A stretch of 64,000 bases of DNA from Octopus bimaculoides. Lineage: Eukaryota. The stretch is from positions 52,513,148 to 52,577,147 of the forward strand of contig NC_068993.1 in assembly GCF_001194135.2 (NCBI RefSeq), in the 5' to 3' direction. Shown here piece by piece: positions 1-11,781 of the stretch (within the stretch, counting starts at the first letter, position 1; each line of letters opens with the position of its first letter). Under the pieces are notes generated by a model. That model worked only from the letters and a program-made list of their open reading frames with translations. It did no database searches and was not told where the DNA came from. Both the position numbers and the translations under genes were made by a program.

Positions 1-863
1 CAAAGAATGAAGGCACATGGATGGCCCAGTGGTTAGGGTGTTGTACTCAAGAATCACAATGTCATGGTTTCGATTCCTGGACCAGGTAGCACATAGTATT
101 CTTGAACAAAACACTTTATTCAAATGTAAATGAATAACACTTCAATGGATGGGTGTCCTGTTCCAGGAGAATTTGTGATCTTGGTCACTTTGTACACCAT
201 GGAAACTAGGTAACCTGGAATTCAAGACAGTAATGTGCAGTGGTCAATGATGATGATGATAATGATAATAAAGAGTCACTTTTACAAATACATGGTAGAA
301 AATCAAGTATAAAACATGTGATAGAATTCTGGAAATTTCTGTTGCAAAATATGCTGTGAAATTCCTCTGTTGCCTGGGAAAATATCCATCTGCTGGAACA
401 TGCCTGTGAATGAATGATTTTAACTTGTTTACTACCACAACCTGTTACTGGACCCTACCACATATTTCGCACAGTTACACTGCATACCTCTACAGCCTGT
501 TACCTTACTACGTGTTTCACATGGTTACACTGCATACTGTTTAAATACAAGAAAATGTAATTTGGTTTTGCATTGTTACAATATTTCATAATTAAACTTT
601 AATATTTAGCTCTCATGTTATTTAAATATCCTCGAAATAATACCAAAAATACAGAATAAAATGTTTTCTCAAATTATGAAAACATATCACTGGTGATGCA
701 TATAGCAGTTGACAGAATCATTTGCATGCTGGGAAAAATGCTTAGTGGTATTTTGTCCATATTTACACATTCTGAGTTCAAATTCTGCCAAGGTCCACTT
801 TGCCTTTCATCTATTTGGAGTCAATAAAACAAGTACCAGTCAATCACTGGGGTCAATGTTGAA

Positions 864-925
864 TTCCAGCCATTATACACCATGTTAGAAGACGCTTGTT
901 CTAATATGGTGTATAATGGCTGGAA
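864..925 (+). repeat. Near-perfect inverted repeat (27-bp stem, 8-nt loop)
   Basis: 864-890 pairs with 899-925: 26 Watson-Crick pairs and 1 G.U. Confidence 0.9.
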
Positions 926-2174
926 ATAGACCAAGATTATGGATTGTATTCTCTCATCTCAGAATTGGTGTATTGTCATTTCCACAATCTATTCCTCACA
1001 ATTCACCCACCAAGCTGTTAAAAATAAACTCTTCTGCTTAGAAATACAGGAAACTCTAGCTGGAGATTTGAACTCGTGACACATTGGCATGTAACCCAGT
1101 ATCTTACCTACACAACTACTTCACCTCTACATGTATTTCTATGCTGAAATATATACTATGTCCCGAGAATGTTTATCTTATGTGTAATCATACAATGTGA
1201 TAGAACAAGGAAGGGTAAGAATTTATTTGGAAACTATTTGCTGCCAACAGGAACAACAACAATAACAACAACAACACTGCTACTTTACTAATGTTGCTAT
1301 ACTGACATCCTGCATCCACTATCAAGAAGATAAATTAGCATCTATGATAGAAATAAATAGCAATTTTTATTATCAGGAAACTTAATTTGATCAATTGAAT
1401 TAGAGTTTCATTGCAATTATTTACATCCCACTCTTCACCACCAACGCTACCATTAGTACTACTACTACCATTGATCTCTTTTCCTTTCCTTTTTTTTTTT
1501 TCTTTTTTGTTTTGTTATTGATTTATTTGTTGCACTCTTTTGCAAACACCAAACTCAATAAAAGATGGAAAGAAAAATACAACTGACAATAAATATCTAA
1601 ATTTATCTGCAAGTATTGAGAAACACGTCTTCCTGGGATAAATTTTGTTTTCTTGCAATACTTGCAGAACTAATGATTGGAAACAAAACATTGCCAGTAC
1701 ACAGTTGGTACCATTCCACACTAATCGAATGTCTCAGAAGAAAACTCAAGCAAATTTCTTAATGGCTCATGAAAAAGATTTCATTCTTTCTCTTTTATTT
1801 TTTCCCCCCCACTATTTTTNNNNNNNNNNNNNNNNNNNNNNNNNNNNNNNNNNNNNNNNNNNNNNNNNNNNNNNNNNNNNNNNNNNNNNNNNNNNNNNNN
1901 NNNNNNNNNNNNNNNNNNNNNNNNNNNNNNNNNNNNNNNNNNNNNNNNNNNNNNNNNNNNNNNNNNNNNNNNNNNNNNNNNNNNNNNNNNNNNNNNNNNN
2001 NNNNNNNNNNNNNNNNNNNNNNNNNNNNNNNNNNNNNNNNNNNNNNNNNNNNNNNNNNNNNNNNNNNNNNNNNNNNNNNNNNNNNNNNNNNNNNNNNNNN
2101 NNNNNNNNNNNNNNNNNNNNNNNNNNNNNNNNNNNNNNNNNNNNNNNNNNNNNNNNNNNNNNNNNNNNNNNNNN

Positions 2175-2233
<59 letters not shown>

Positions 2234-2697
2234 GTATGTATATGTATATCTACATATTTATGTATGTATATATTCATGTTTATCAATATGGTGATATTGA
2301 CAAAATGCTAATATCTTCATGTAACTAACCAGTTTAACACTCAGTGAACTTTCCCTATTCAGACAGGTTCTGAATAACTGGCTGAATGATATCTGACTAA
2401 ATATTGACACAGTGTCGTATGACTGTAATTTCTGCTGCCAATATGAACAGAGGTTAATGAGTACAAGTTAAACGATTATATGTGTTGATGTCAGACAATT
2501 TTTTATCATTTACTATTAATCCACATCAGTTTTCTTCATGTTACATCTCTATTCTTTTTTCTTTTTAATATTCTTTTTTACTTTTTGTGTTAATCTAAAG
2601 AAATGAAGCAGTAATCATAACGTTTTTTTTTTTCTCTGGCCCTCCTAGATTTAAATACAGGGATAACTAGATAACATCTGATAGAATTAGTGTGGTT

Positions 2698-2932
2698 AAG
2701 GCAGCAAGCTGGCCGAAACGTTAGCATGCCAGGCGAAATGCTTAGCGGTATTTTTTGTCTGCCGCTACGTACTGAGTTCAAATTCTGCCAAGGTTGACTT
2801 TGCCTTTCGTACTTTCAGGGTCGATAAATTAAGTACCAGTTACGCACTGGGGTCAATGTAATCAACTTAACCCCTTTGTTTGTCCTTGTTTGTCTCCTCT
2901 ATGTTTAGCCCCTTATGGGCAATAAAGAAATA
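2698..2932 (+). mobile_element. tRNA-related SINE (family A, AAGGCGGTGAGCTGGCAG head), full length with 15-bp TSD
   Basis: B-box-like GAGTTCAAATTC, core GACTTTGCCTTTC..GGGGTCGATAAATTAAGTACCAG; flanking duplication AGAATTAGTGTGGTT at 2683-2697 and 2933-2947. Confidence 0.9.
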
Positions 2933-2951
2933 AGAATTAGTGTGGTTGGCA

Positions 2952-3193
2952 TTTCTTTTATTTCTTTATTGCCCACAGAGAGCTAAACATAGAGGGGACA
3001 AACAAGGACAGACAAAGAGATTAAGTCGATTACATCGACCCCCAGTGCATAACTGGTACTTATTTGATCAATCCTGAAAGGATGAAACGCAAAGTCAACC
3101 TCGGCGGAATTTTAACTCAGAACGTAACAGCAGACAAAATACTGCTAAGCATTTTGCCCGGCATGCTAACAATTTTGCCAGCTCGCCACCCTT
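2952..3193 (-). mobile_element. SINE family A, reverse orientation, tail-to-tail with the copy at 2698-2932
   Basis: Reverse-complement match along the whole element, including the GGGCAATAAAGAAATAA tail. Confidence 0.9.
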
Positions 3194-3597
3194 CATCATC
3201 ATCATCATCATCGCTTAACGTCCGCTTTCCATGCTAGCATGGGTTGGATTCAGTTTTTAACTATTCCATTTAGTTATATATGAATGTGCTAGTGGCTACA
3301 CATCTTTAACATTAAATCATCATCATCATCCTCGTTGTCATTGTCATCATTTTAAATCCATGCTGATATGGGATCGACAGGACACCACAGTCTGAGTTTG
3401 CACATATTCAGGTATATAACTCACTTAGACTGAATGGGGAACTGCATCTTGCTCACAAGTTTCATTATACAGACATACTTCAAATATACAGACATACCTC
3501 AACTTACTTCAGTAATTGATTCCAAGACATGCAACTTTACTCAAAACAAACAACATAACATGGCAACATTTTTTTTTTAATTCATTAACTCATATCA

Positions 3598-3990
3598 AGG
3601 CACAGGCTTGGTTGTGTGGTAAGAAATATTTTGCTCAACCACATGGCTGCAAGTTCAATCCCACTGCATGGCATTTTGGACAAGTGTCTTCTACTATAGC
3701 CTCGAAGTAACCAAAGCTTTGTGAATGGATACAGTAGATTGGAAACTAAAAGAAGCCCATTGTGTATGTGTGTGTGTGTGTCCTTGTATCTGTGTTTGTC
3801 CCCCACCATCATTTGGCAACCAGTGTTAGTGTGTTTACATCCTTGTAACTTAGAGTTCAGCAAGAGAGACAGACATAATAAGTACCAGGCTTTAAAAAAA
3901 TAAGTTCTGGGGTCAATTCATTCAATTAAAAATTCTTCAAGGTGGTGCCCCAGTATGGCCATAGTATAATGAGAGAAACAAGTATAAGTA
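3598..3990 (+). mobile_element. SINE family B (GGCATGGCTGTGTGGTAAGAAG head, TTGGGCAAGTGTCTTCTACTATAGCC core). Other copies at about 7445-7610, 12055-12215, 13405-13745, 15412-15630, 19855-20200, 24055-24205 (+) and 30445-30600, 30950-31110, 55290-55395 (-)
   Basis: tRNA-like head (GTTCAATCCC), shared core and shared 3' module GGTGGTGCCCCAGYATGGCC..GAAACAAGT across many copies. Confidence 0.85.
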
Positions 3991-4890
3991 AAAAAAGAAT
4001 CCGTTTTAATAAATGGTTTGTACATATTTTTCCATGTATTTTATTTGATTTTCCATTTCAGTATTGGTTTTTAGGTGGGGGTTTTTTATTTTATTTTTTT
4101 TATTTAAGCTTTTAAATATGTTTACTGAGATTGAGATAAAGTAAGATTAATTGTCTGAACTTGAGTTTTATTTTTTCATTAATTTCTTTTAAAAAAAAAA
4201 ACAAAGTTGAAAAACATGTAACTCAAAACAACCTAACTTGAAATATACCTATATATGTATAATGTATAGACACTGGTTAATATTTAGTCTGAACACAACA
4301 TCATCGTCGTCATCATCATCATCTTATGTTCAGTTTTTCATTTTGGCATGAATTGGCTAGCTCTCACAGCATGCTGTCCCATGTCATATGCTTTATCATC
4401 TGACAGATATAGCAACATAGAAAATCTTTATTGTTTTGCCTATCTTTCTGATAGGGCTTAAAGGGCATAGTTATTTTCTGTTCCCCACAACCGCCATACG
4501 GAATGGTTGTTTGTAGATACTTGAATACAGAGGAAACAGAGCATCTTTCTTTAGCCTCTTGTGGTAATGTTTTTTTTTTTCTTAAAGAAAGATTAGTGTC
4601 CAAATGTATTTCTTGTTTCTGTTATTATTGATATATTACTCTTGTCTGCTTGAAATATTACAGAACAAATATTAATTTGATTATCTTGAATGAAATTTTT
4701 CCTCTTTTTAAATGTGTAGTATGCAGAACCCTATCGAGTATGTATGCATCATCATCCTCGTTGTTGTTTAACATCCACCTTCCATGCTGGCATGGGTTGG
4801 ACAGTTTGATTGGAGCTGGCCAGGCAGAAGACTGCACCAGATTTCTCCGTCTATTTTGGCATGGGTTTTGCAGCTGGATGCCCTTCCTAG

Positions 4891-5101
4891 AGGCGGTGAG
4901 CTGGCAGAATCGTTAGCATGCCAGGTGAAATGCTCAGCGGTATTTTATCTGTTGTTACGTACTGAGTTCAAATTCCGTCAAGGTCATCTTTGCCTTTCAT
5001 CCTTTCAGGGTTGAAAAAATTAGCACCAGTTACACACTGGGGTCAATGTAATCAACTTAATCCCTTCCCCCAAATTTGAGGTCTTGTGCTTCCAGTAGAA
5101 A
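4891..5101 (+). mobile_element. SINE family A nested inside an RTE-tail element, 14-bp TSD
   Basis: GGATGCCCTTCCTA duplicated at 4876-4889 and 5102-5115. Confidence 0.88.
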
Positions 5102-5444
5102 GGATGCCCTTCCTAACACCACTCACCCAACATGTACATATGCATTACTGTACTTACACGCAGACTAAATATACAATGAACTATTCCTTTTTATCAGCTG
5201 TAAAAAAACACCTTCAGATGTTCAAATTTTCTGTTTGGAATAGCAGAATAGGTTGGCTCTAATCATTGCTATTTTTATATTGTCTTGTAAGAGCCTTGTT
5301 TTATTCATTGTGAAAGGGAATCCTGTTTTATTTTCTATTTCACTCTGTCATTGCTACTATCACCAGTCTTGATATTATAAAATATATTTAATTTGTATAT
5401 CTTTGCTTTTTTTTCCCCTCATTGTTTTGTTTTTCCTTTTATAG

Positions 5445-5575
5445 AAAAATCTCAAAGAACTGGAAAAATTATTAAACATCAGTATCCAAACATTTCTGTG
5501 TGTCCCAGTGATAAGCAAAGCTGATGAAAGCCTTATTGCATTGGTTTGTGTTGCTAATAAGACGGACGGATCAAG
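5445..5575 (+). CDS. PDE2A: PDE2 exon E1 (local numbering), GAF-A: [43 protein letters not shown](R)
   Basis: Acceptor ttttatag, donor AG|gtgagt; 131 nt, phase 0/2; LCVPVIS and ANK motifs of GAF-A. Confidence 0.92.
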
Positions 5576-8500
5576 GTGAGTGATTGTTAATCGGATCTAA
5601 GATTTTCATATATTCTGCTGATAACAGTGATACTGACAATATAATGAGAATAATGTTATTGGTTATTATTGATGGTAGTCAAGGACAGCATGTGTTATGT
5701 TGAAAGTTAGAAATATCACTTTTGAGCTTTATAACAAATTGAAAGAATTCTTTTGAGAATATTCCAGTTTAGAACTTCAAATGTTACCCATTATTTTGTC
5801 TTTCATCAATCTAAATTTATAACTTATGAATACTAAAGCCACTTATGGTCTTTTTTTCTTTTTTTATATTATGAGGGTAGTGAGTGGTGCCCATGACTTT
5901 ATCACAAGGCTTCAAAGACAACTTCTGTAGTGCAGTACCACAATGATATTCCCCTAGTACATTCTGTAAAGCGATTGGCAAAGGCATTGAGCTATTAAAA
6001 CCATGCCAAAAATTGACATATTGGTGAGACATAGTTCCCAGCCATAGAGGGCAATCATCATCATCATCATCATCATCATCGTTTAACGCCCGCCTTCCAT
6101 GCTAGCATGGGTTGGACGATTTGACTGAGGACTGGTGAAACCGGATGGCAACACCAGGCTCCAATCTAATTTGGCAGAGTTTCTACAGCTGGATGCCCTT
6201 CCTAACGCCAACCACTCAGAGAGTGTAGTGGGTGCTTTTACGTGTCACCCGCACGAAAACGGCCACGCTCGAAATGGTGTCTTTTATGTGCCCCCCGCAC
6301 AAGAGCCAGTCCAGGGGCACTGGCAACGATCTCGCTCGAAAACCCTACAATAACTCTGAAGAAGAATTAACTGCATAAAGAAACAGTTATAGAATTATGT
6401 GATGATGAGGATGATGAGGATGATAGTGACAGCTCCGGCATCTGCATAGGTTTTGTCTACCAAATTCCTCTCAGAATATATTTATCAATCTGAGATCTTA
6501 ATAGAAGGCACTTCCCTGAAGTACCATGCATTGGGATTGAAATCATTTGGTTGGAAATCAAATTTCTTAACCTGCAAGAATTAAGTACTGAGAAGTTTTA
6601 ATTTAACTGCTACCCCCACCATTGGGTTGCTATCTTTTAGATTTCTTTAATTCCTTAGGATTTATGATTTTGAACCAGAGAACAATATTGTTAAAATACA
6701 GTAGGCAAGATATTAATAACAGTCCACCATAATGTCCAGTCCTTGTTGTGTTGTGGTGACTTGTGTGTCTCAGTGATCCTGAGTGCTATGCCATTGTAAC
6801 ACAAGGTCCTGGTAGGACTTCCTATGCAGGACAGGTCAAAGGAAAGAGGTCACACCAGTGCTGGACTAACCGTTAAGCAAAATAATCACATGCTTAGAGC
6901 ATCAAGGGGAGGTGGGCACCACAGAAATGGTAAATGGTTTATAGCACAAAAGAAATCACTTTAAAATAATATTGGAAGTGATTTATATGAACAGAAATAT
7001 AATTTCGAATTGCTTATGGTATCATTGTGAGGATCTGATCAAAGACTTTGCAATTAAAAAAAGGCAGGAGAAAACCATTCAATTAAGTACTGAGGTTGAT
7101 ATGATTGATAAACTGTTGAAGGCAGTACTGCAGCATGGCTGCAGTCCAATGATTGAAGCCAGTAAAATAATTGCATAAACACACAAAAAAAAAGAAGAAA
7201 TTCTTGTTTCCTTTTGTTTTTATATAATCAAAGAACCATCAACTTTTTCCATTCAGATTCTGCCCTGATGATGTACACATTATCAAACATTGTTTCAAAT
7301 ATACAGCTACAGTTCTTACAAGTACCCTAGCATACCAAAATGAGAGAAAGCTCAAAGATCAAACTAAAGTAAGTTGTATCCTTGCATGTATAATTACTTT
7401 TGAAATGGCAATTTGGAAGTCATTGTGTATTAATTTGATTCCATTTAATAGGGTGCAAATGTGATTGTGTGGTTAAGATGTTTGTTTCATAATCACATGG
7501 ATTCAGGTTCAATCCTGCTTTGGGCAAATATTTTTCACTTTAGCTTCAAGTCAACCAATACCTTGTGAGTGAATTTAGTAGATAGAAGTTGTAAAGAAGT
7601 CATTATATATATAATACTGTGTGTATTTGTGCATACTGACTTTAACAANNNNNNNNNNNNNNNNNNNNNNNNNNNNNNNNNNNNNNNNNNNNNNNNNNNN
7701 NNNNNNNNNNNNNNNNNNNNNNNNNNNNNNNNNNNNNNNNNNNNNNNNNNNNNNNNNNNNNNNNNNNNNNNNNNNNNNNNNNNNNNNNNNNNNNNNNNNN
7801 NNNNNNNNNNNNNNNNNNNNNNNNNNNNNNNNNNNNNNNNNNNNNNNNNNNNNNNNNNNNNNNNNNNNNNNNNNNNNNNNNNNNNNNNNNNNNNNNNNNN
7901 NNNNNNNNNNNNNNNNNNNNNNNNNNNNNNNNNNNNNNNNNNNNNNNNNNNNNNNNNNNNNNNNNNNNNNNNNNNNNNNNNNNNNNNNNNNNNNNNNNNN
8001 NNNNNNNNNNNNNNNNNNNNNNNNNNNNNNNNNNNNNNNNNNNNNNNNNNNNNNNNNNNNNNNNNNNNNNNNNNNNNNNNNNNNNNNNNNNNNNNNNNNN
8101 NNNNNNNNNNNNNNNNNNNNNNNNNNNNNNNNNNNNNNNNNNNNNNNNNNNNNNNNNNNNNNNNNNNNNNNNNNNNNNNNNNNNNNNNNNNNNNNNNNNN
8201 NNNNNNNNNNNNNNNNNNNNNNNNNNNNNNNNNNNNNNNNNNNNNNNNNNNNNNNNNNNNNNNNNNNNNNNNNNNNNNNNNNNNNNNNNNNNNNNNNNNN
8301 NNNNNNNNNNNNNNNNNNNNNNNNNNNNNNNNNNNNNNNNNNNNNNNNNNNNNNNNNNNNNNNNNNNNTTTATAGCGCTGTTTGTTATTGGATAATAAAG
8401 ATAGAATGTAGAGTTTACAAATCATTACCTTTAGGCCAACTGCCAAGAACTCTGACCATTTGGGTATTGGTCATTCAAAATATTACATTGTGGTTACAAC

Positions 8501-11500
8501 AATAAAGAGAGAGGAATGTAATATATTGGTGAAGAAATGCCACTGTATAGATAAATCAATAGGTCAATAGGTTGCCTGCCAACCATCTAAAAGATTGATA
8601 TTTCTTATCACATTATTCATTCTTAATTCTTAATTGTTCATTTCACAGCTGTAAATAGGTCTTATTACATGTTATATCTAAATCATTATTCATTGCACTG
8701 AGATTATTACGATTATTACCTTTAACGGCTTACTTTTTAGCTTTTTTTCTTTTTAACGAAAAATGAAAGAATGTTTGGTACAAAAGCTGAATCTAATTCT
8801 ATTCATATTCATTTCATCAGGCACTGCTGCAGGTTGCTAGAAACTTGTTTACTCACTTGGGTAAGTTACAGATAAAAATTCATTTGAAATCAATAACCGT
8901 CTAATTGCTAACACTTCTGTGACTGTATATTTAATGAAATACATTATCTTTGTGTTTCAAGTGATTTATAATATACTTGAGAATTGGGAAGGGTTTCATG
9001 AAATCAATTACTTTTTAATAATATTCAGAACATAACAAAAAATTCTAATATAAAATTGACAGCAGGTTTAATCCTTTAGCATTCAAATTCTTTCATTAAA
9101 AGCAATGCTTGTTTATTCACATTGTTTTGAATAAATCATGCATTATCTCGTAGCTTTGAGATTTTGATTAGCTAACAGTTAATCTTTTTAATGATATTGT
9201 ACGGTTGTTGGAGTGGGGGCCAGACTCGGCCAGTTTGAGTATAAAACATAAAATATATTGACTGGATATGGCTGGCTTCAATGCTCAAGTGTTAAACTTA
9301 AATATAATGCTTTAAAACAGGTGATTTTTGTATGACAGAGCCAGGGCTAGTCTCTTACAGGTTAACATCAAAATGTTTTTTCAGTAACTTCTATGAATCT
9401 TACTAAATTACTTTTATGTTAATCATTAAATATTTATGATGCAACTACCTCAGTCTCAGGTGCCCATTAGTTTGCAGTCATCCGCTATATGTGCTTTATA
9501 AATTCGGTTTGAAATGAGAAAATATGTAAATTACTGAAAAGATTCAAATTATTATCACATAACAGAATAATCTATGCATTTATTTTAATCTTATTTACAA
9601 TTATTAATTTATTTACATTTCTCTAACCCACAGAGAGTTTCTTTAGCTCTGTAGATGATTCAGATGTTTATATTGACCATTTAAACAATATTTTACAAAT
9701 TCTTGGCTTGTTTTCTCTAAGATAAATTAAATGATGAAAATAAAAGTGTGTATAGTTTAAAGACACAATGTTATATCTTAGAAATTAATGTGTACAGTTA
9801 GTCACTTGGAACTATCCTTTTACAGTTGATACTGAAGTTTCTCAAAATCAGCTTGAGGATAAAAGTACACAGTTTCTAGGGGATTCTTGGTGTAGTTCAA
9901 TTGTATTGATTTTTACTACTATAACTTTACTTCACCTATCAAATATTTGTTTCTTTTATTTTTTTGTCAGGAGGAAAGGTTGTTTCCATGATATGTTTCA
10001 GGGTTTTTGAGACTGATAGGAGGGAGTAAGAGAGGTATTCTCAAAGCAGACCCCAATAAGGTGGGGTTGTTATGTCATGGTTAAGTCTCCCACACAAGAA
10101 GGCCATGGCAGGATTTGAAATCAGAATGCAAAGAACCAGAACAAATACATCAAGGCATTTGGTTTGCTCATTCTTACAGTTTTGCCAAGCCTTGCATTGG
10201 TACTTTTTTCATCAACCTTGCAAGGATGTAAGATAAAGTTGGGCTCTGCACAATTTGAACTCAGTGCACTAATAGTTGGAGCAAAGCATTTTGTTTGATG
10301 CTCTAACTACTCTGTCAAATCCAGAACTTATACCCATTATTGTAGGGTTCCTAATTCCTAATTCCAGTGGAGGTGCAATGGCCCAGTGGTTAGGGCAGTG
10401 AACTCACGGCTGGAGGATCGCAGTTTCGATTCCCAGACCAGGTGTTGTGTGTTTATTGAGTGAAAACACTTAGAGCTCCACAAGGCTCCAGCAGGGGGTG
10501 GTGGCAACCCCTGTTGTACTTTTTCGCCCCAACTTTCTCTCATTCTTTCTTCCTGTTTCTTGAGTAATGCTGCGACGGACTGGCGTCCCGTCCAGCTGGG
10601 AGGGGGGGACACATACGCCATAGAAACCGGGAAACTGGGCCCATGAGCCTGGCTAGGCTTTAAAAAGGTGCATAATAAAAAAAAAATAATAATAATTCCA
10701 GTAAAGGTCAAGACTACACCTGGAAATTAAGATGACCAAAGCAAATGCTATATAAAAAATGGTTGAAATTGCTCAGATGTAAAGAGCACGCATTTACAGA
10801 TAGACTTCTTGACAGATTTACACACACACACGTGCACACGCACACGTAGTTGTATGGTCTACGTATGCAAAGTGACCAGAATTGTATATGACTGGTTCAG
10901 AAGCACACCACTAGCTGTGATATGATATGAACTAAGAATTATGTTGTTAGTTGTTCAGCACTTCAACCTCAAGGTCATTACAGATCATTAAATTATAGGA
11001 ACCTTTAGTTCGTTACTCTTAAAATATTCATTATGATTATACTATTTCCATATATTCAGAAAAATCAAATTTCCTTAATGAGATCCACTCCCTTCTAGGC
11101 ACCATCAGAATTTCAAACTTTCTCAGAAGCAGTTCTTTGATGGAATTGTTCCATAATGAAACCTTAGTGCTGAAAAAATTATCCACTCTAGCTTTCTTCT
11201 TCGTTAATTAATCAAATCATTATTTTAGACAGTCACCAATAAATTCATCTAAAATAATATACATGAAATGGTATTCTGGAATCAGTTTCCATTGTTGAGT
11301 TGAAGGCTTTTACTTTCTTCTCTTAGCATCTGTCACACATCATTAATTGGGTAATTATACAGAGTAACAAAGATAATATTATAGCCCCATTTTAGTTGCT
11401 TCTGTTTTTCTCATCTGGTTCTAATGGATGCCTGTTTACTTTGAAGAAACATGTTTCAAATAACACTTCTTTTTCTATCATTACCATTTTTCCAGATGAT

Positions 11501-11727
11501 TTAACCAAATTGTTAAGAGAGATCATGCAAGAAGCAAGAAACTTAACCCAAGCAGAAAGGTGAGGAAGACAGCCATATTTGGTGGGGAAAGATGCTTCTT
11601 TTTGTTCTATTTTATAATGTTATCAATGTTCTTATTGTTGTCTGGCATGGTTAATAATTTATTGATTGTGTTACTGTGTGGCACATACACACACACACAC
11701 ATATGCATATTAATATATTTAATATAC

Positions 11728-11781
<54 letters not shown>

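Noticed and set aside
10-90. tRNA-like sequences here and at 10368, 15046 and elsewhere
   Set aside because: A/B boxes are followed by shared SINE bodies with no complete cloverleaf; these are SINE heads, not tRNA genes.
1668-1735. Possible upstream PDE2 exon (ELMIGNKTLPVH.. after a good acceptor, faintly like vertebrate IIGDKVLGEE)
   Set aside because: The frame hits a stop after about 30 codons, there is no convincing donor, and downstream similarity is lacking. The preceding GAF-A exon is probably outside the window or in a gap.
6135-6353. Apparent duplicated small protein [11 protein letters not shown].. (also 29995)
   Set aside because: Antisense reading of a repeated RTE-like 3' tail.
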